DNA of 64,000 bases from assembly GCA_965237735.1 (NCBI GenBank), contig CBDEFV010000003.1:157169-221168 (forward strand), read 5' to 3'. Shown one piece after another: positions 60,136 to 64,000 of this stretch; position 1 is the first letter of the stretch, and the number at the start of each line of letters is the position of its first letter. The translations under genes and the position numbers were made by a program. Source of the stretch: Candidatus Porifericomitales bacterium. Lineage in GTDB: Bacteria > Pseudomonadota > Gammaproteobacteria > CBDEFV01. The notes below the pieces were generated by a model. The model searched no databases and was not told where the DNA came from. It worked only from the letters and a program-made list of their open reading frames with translations.

Positions 60136-60639
60136 CTCCCTCTTCGTCCGGGACAGAGCGTCGCGTCGCCGGCGGCGAGGGCCTCAGCATTCGTCAGCCG
60201 CCGCCGGGCCTGAATCGGCGGCAGAAGGAGCCTCGAAAAAAGCCCCCCGCTAAACCCTGGTTCCGGCCGGAGTCCGGCCGGCGGATTCCGCAGCTGCGCC
60301 TCCTCCAGTTTGCTGGCTTCTTCTACAGCCAAGGGCGCCCCCGGACCCCGCCGGCCAGAGGGGAGGGCACGCCGCCCCTGACAATCTTCTCCCGCCCCGT
60401 CCGCTGAGCTCAGGTTGCGCCCTTCATTTTCGCTCAACTGCGCCCCTTCGCCCCGGCTTTCAGGGGTCGGCAGTTGTTGTTGCAGGATTGCTCCGGCGGC
60501 CGGGGACTTCGACATCGAAGCCGTAACCGGGGGGGTGCCGGCGACGGCTTCAGTCCTGGCTCTGCTGACCCAGCTGCTGCAGGATTTCGCCGGCGGCGTC
60601 GAGGGCGACGGCGCCCGGGGCGAAGAAGCCGCTGCAACT

Positions 60640-61530
60640 TCCGCAATTGTTCGGCGCGCACAGCCTGATTGTCGACCTTCAGTGTCCGCGACTCGTCGTC
60701 GCCGCCCTGGACACAACAGTTGACGCCGCCCATTGCCTGCCCGCCGCTGTCGATGCGCGCCTGGGTGCGGGCTGCGGCCTTCTCGATGGGCATCAAAGAG
60801 ATCTGAGCCCCCCGCTGCAACTTCCGCAATTGTTCGGTACGCACAGCCTGATTGTCAACCTTCAGTGTCCGCGACTCGTCGCCGCCGCCCTGGACACAAC
60901 AGTTGACGCCGCCCATTGCCTGCCCGCCGCTGTCGATGCACGCCTGGGTGCGGGCTGCGGCCTTCTCGATGGGCATCAAAGAGATCTGAGCCCCCCGCTG
61001 CAACTTCCGCAATTGTTCGGTATGCACAGCCTGATTGTCGACCTTCAGTGTCCGCGACTCGTCGTCGCCGCCCTGGACACAACAGTTGACGCCGCCCATT
61101 GCCTGCCCGCCGCTGTCGGTGCGCGCCTGGGTGCGGGCTGCGGCCTTCTCGATGGGCATCAAAGAGATCTGAGCCCCCCGCTGCAACTTCCGCAATTGTT
61201 CGGCGCGCACAGCCTGATTGTCGACCTTCAGTGTCCGCGACTCGTCGTCGCCGCCCTGGACACAACAGTTGACGCCGCCCATTGCCTGCCCGCCGCTGTC
61301 GGTGCGGGCCGCGCGGCCTTCTCGATGGGCATCAAAGAGATCTGAGCCCCCCGCTGCAACTTCCGCAATTGTTCGGTATGCACAGCCTGATTGTCGACCT
61401 TCAGTGTCCGCGACTCGTCGTCGCCGCCCTGGACACAACAAGTTGACGCCGCCCATTGCCTGCCCGCCGCTGTCGGTGCGGGCCGCGGCCTTCTCGATGG
61501 GCATCAAAGAGATCTGAGCCCCCCGCTGCA
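60640..61530. repeat. tandem array of about 5 copies of a 172-183-bp repeat. Copy A holds a single unit at ~4490..4660.
   Basis: The motif catcaaagagatctgagccccccgctgcaacttccgcaattgttcgg recurs at 60791, 60974, 61157, 61330 and 61502. Copy A has it once (4634). Confidence 0.75.
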
Positions 61531-61579
61531 TCGAAGAAGGACGCGATGAAAGTAGCGGCGATGCCAGCGCCGGCTCCCT

Positions 61580-61851
61580 GGACCCATGGGCGCCGATTCT
61601 CCTTCTGCCTCCCCTGTTCGGCGGGCGGCGGCAGGCGCTCGTCCGTTCGGCCCGCTGCACTGCTGGCGCCGCTGGAAATGGCGTCCTGGTCCCGGGGTTG
61701 CCGGCAGGTTTAAAACCTCAGGTTTTTTGTTTTTTCATGCAAAAGATCCACCCAAACAGCAAAACATGTGATACACTTTTATCCTCTATAGTTTTATTAA
61801 ATTTCTTGGATATTAATTCAGTTACCGTTTTTTAAATGGAGGTGTTCCATT
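61580..61851 (+). promoter_or_regulatory. leader element, copy-B duplicate of 4712..4983
   Basis: Lies at offset 56,868 from 4712..4983, with identical flanking ORFs on both sides. Confidence 0.5.
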
Positions 61852-62846
61852 GTGATTAAGGAGAGTTATGGGTTTGGCGAGCCCACAGGTGGCGAATCGA
61901 CGGGGGGTTCTGAAGGCACTCCCAAGCCCCCTGGGGTGTCCGGCGCGGCTGATCTGACCGCAGCCAATGCCGGAACCTCCTGGAATGCGGCCGCCAGCCA
62001 CACCCCCGGCACTTGGGACTTCGGCTCCGATGCCCAGACTCCGGCACTGAACAATGCCGATTACGACGGCTCTGGCGACGCCTTCAATTGTGACCGGTTG
62101 CCAACCGATAGCGGCGACCCGCTGTTGTCGGGTCAAAGGAGCGGTGAAAGTGGCGGCGATGGCGGCGGCTCCTTGGGCGCTGGCTCTCCTTCTGCCTCCC
62201 CTGTTCGGCGGGCGGCGGCGCTTGTCTGTTCGGTCCGCTGCGCTGCTGGGAAGGGCATCTTGCCCCCCCCCCCCCCCCGAAGGGCAGGCTTGCCCCCGAG
62301 GGCTGGAGGCCGGTCGGCCGGCCGGGCGCTCGCTGCCGCTTCCTTGGAGGGAGCTCCGTTCAACGCTCAGGTCTGCTTTGGGCAAGACCCTTGTGATGAC
62401 ATGCAAGATCGTTTCCGCGACCTCGAGAACAGCGGGCTGCCGGCGCCATTTTGCCGGCGGAGTCGCCTCCGCCCTGCTCTGCGCCCTGGTCGGGGTCTCC
62501 TGGCGCAAACGACAACGGCCGACAGCAATGGCAATGGCCTGATCGAGAGCACCAGCCTCGGGCAACTGAACGCCCTGCGCCATGAACGGCGAGCTATGCC
62601 ACGGGCCATACCGAGGTGGCGCCTGGAAGTTCTGACTGTGCCGGCGGCCTGGTGGGCAGGCAGGAAGGCGGTTCAATCACGGCGAGCTACGCCACGGGTG
62701 CGGCCAATGGTGGGGATGGATATTATGACTCTGTCGGCGGGCTGGTGGGCTGGCAGGTTGACGCCGCCCATTGCCTGCTCACCGCTGTCGATACGCGCCT
62801 GGGTGCGGGCCGCGCGGCCTTCTCGATGGGCCTCAAAGAGATCTGA
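61852..62846 (+). pseudogene. copy-B duplicate of the mosaic pseudogene fragment
   Basis: Tracker translation identical to that of 4984..6240. Confidence 0.55.
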
Positions 62847-62908
62847 GCCCCCCGCTGCAACGAAGAAGGACGCGATGAAAGTAGCGGCGATGCCAGCACC
62901 GGCTCCCT

Positions 62909-63146
62909 GGACCCATGAGCGCCGATTCTCCTTCTGCCTCCCCTGTTCGGCGGGCGGCGGCGGCGCTCGTCTGTTCGGCCCGCTGCGCCGCTGGAAATGG
63001 CGTCCTGGTCCCCGGATTGCCGGCAGGTTTAAAACCTCAGGTTTTTTGTTTTTTATGCAAATGTGCAAAAAAGATCCACAACAGCAAAACCATGTGGTCC
63101 CATCTTAGTGTCTGGGAATTTTTTAAAAATCTGAAGGTGTTCTATT
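62909..63146 (+). promoter_or_regulatory. leader element, copy-B duplicate of 6041..6278, upstream of the third giant gene
   Basis: Lies at offset 56,868 from 6041..6278. Confidence 0.5.
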
Positions 63147-64000
63147 ATGATTGTATGGCATGAATATCTTGCATTCTGGCGAGTATCATTAAAAGGCAGT
63201 GCCTTCGCCCTGCTCTGCGCCCTGCCATGGGTCGGGCAGGCGGAGGATGCTGACCGCGATGGAGACGGGCTGATCGAAATCGACAATCTGACCATGCTGC
63301 ACAACATGCGCCACGACCGGAGGGGCTGGAGCTACAAGACCAGTTGGGAGGATGGGGGAAACAGAGACGGCTGTCCTCTTCATTCTTGGCTAGTCAACGA
63401 TGACCACGAGCAGGGCTCGAAAGACACTGTACGGACCCAGCACAACAGATGCCACGGCTATGAGTTGACCCGGGACCTGGACTTTGATGCCGATGGTGAT
63501 GGAAGTACCTGGTCGCGCGACAGCAGCGGGAACTACAGTTTGGATGAGGATGACAGCGTGAGTCCTTACTTTGTGGTGAGCAACGGTGCCGGCGGCTGGA
63601 TTCCGATCGGTGGAAGTGAGGGCTTTCGGGCTGACTTTGAAGGCAACGGCTACACCATCAGCAACCTCGCCATTCGCAGAGGTGGTGGTAACCTTGTGGG
63701 GTTCTTCACCGTGACTGATAGAACAAACTACGATGCCGTCGTAGAATCCTCTAATAACAATATAACGAACAGGCCTATCTACAGGGATGGGATCATCCGC
63801 AATATCGGTTTGATCAACAACCTGGCGGATTATACCGGCACCGACAATTATGTCGCTGTCGGCGGGCTGGTGGGGCGGCAGAACCGTAGTAGAATCATCG
63901 CCAGCTACGCCACGGGCCATGTCAATGGCGGGGGTTCCCGGGGCAACATTGTCGGCGGGCTGGTGGGAGGGCTGTGGAGCGGCGAAATCCACGCGAGCCA
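63147..64000 (+). CDS. start of a third giant repeat-protein gene (partial; 5' end identical to gene 1)
   Basis: ATG 63147 gives MIVWHEYLAFWRVSLKGSAFALLCALPWVGQAEDADRDGDGLIEIDNLTMLHNM..., identical to 6279.. at offset 56,868. Confidence 0.8.
   Translation, partial: MIVWHEYLAFWRVSLKGSAFALLCALPWVGQAEDADRDGDGLIEIDNLTMLHNMRHDRRGWSYKTSWEDGGNRDGCPLHSWLVNDDHEQGSKDTVRTQHNRCHGYELTRDLDFDADGDGSTWSRDSSGNYSLDEDDSVSPYFVVSNGAGGWIPIGGSEGFRADFEGNGYTISNLAIRRGGGNLVGFFTVTDRTNYDAVVESSNNNITNRPIYRDGIIRNIGLINNLADYTGTDNYVAVGGLVGRQNRSRIIASYATGHVNGGGSRGNIVGGLVGGLWSGEIHAS

Larger units (their letters stand above)
60192..64000 (+). repeat. copy B of the large direct repeat. It runs to the window end, so its true extent is unknown.
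   Basis: Same evidence as for copy A. Copy B begins immediately after the 3' flank of gene 2, which is the geometry expected for a tandem duplication of a 56,146-bp unit (4046..60191). Confidence 0.85.

Overview
High-GC (~65%) bacterial window. The left 3.8 kb is an ordinary housekeeping block on the minus strand: pssA-like (partial), ilvC, ilvH, ilvB. From ~4.0 kb onward the window is an extremely repetitive accessory locus dominated by two giant secreted repeat-protein genes on the plus strand, plus the start of a third. Gene 1 runs 6279..37726 (~10,480 aa if one frameshift is bridged) and gene 2 runs 40497..59270 (6257 aa). Both are built from ~550-aa units that start with a dockerin/EF-hand-like DxDGDGLIEIxxLTMLHNMRYDL motif. 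Each unit then carries a beta-helix-like FDGNGHxIxNLAIRR..GLFG..I.NLGL segment, 5-8 GLUG-type ~30-aa repeats (GGLVGxQxGGSITASYATGxADGG), a conserved SYGFG..NYADYDG..NCNQF segment and an Ig-like module. The units are followed by tandem, near-identical 300-bp repeats encoding cadherin-like beta-sandwich domains, a Gly/Ser-rich linker, and a C-terminal hydrophobic helix with an Arg cluster. Every gene start is preceded by the same ~260-bp leader, which holds a conserved A/T-rich hairpin plus U-tract. Sequence 4046..7132 is repeated at 60192..64000. This is consistent with a ~56.9-kb tandem duplication of the whole locus, or with misassembly. The two copies differ in copy number of a 172-183-bp tandem repeat (1 versus 5). 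A potABC operon between the giant genes is decayed: potA is 5'-truncated exactly at the leader of gene 2, and potB and potC are frameshifted. Gene 1 carries a 4-nt deletion frameshift inside its cadherin-like array. Most other six-frame ORFs are antisense or alternative-frame artefacts of the GC-rich repeats. No rRNA, tRNA or CRISPR was recognised.
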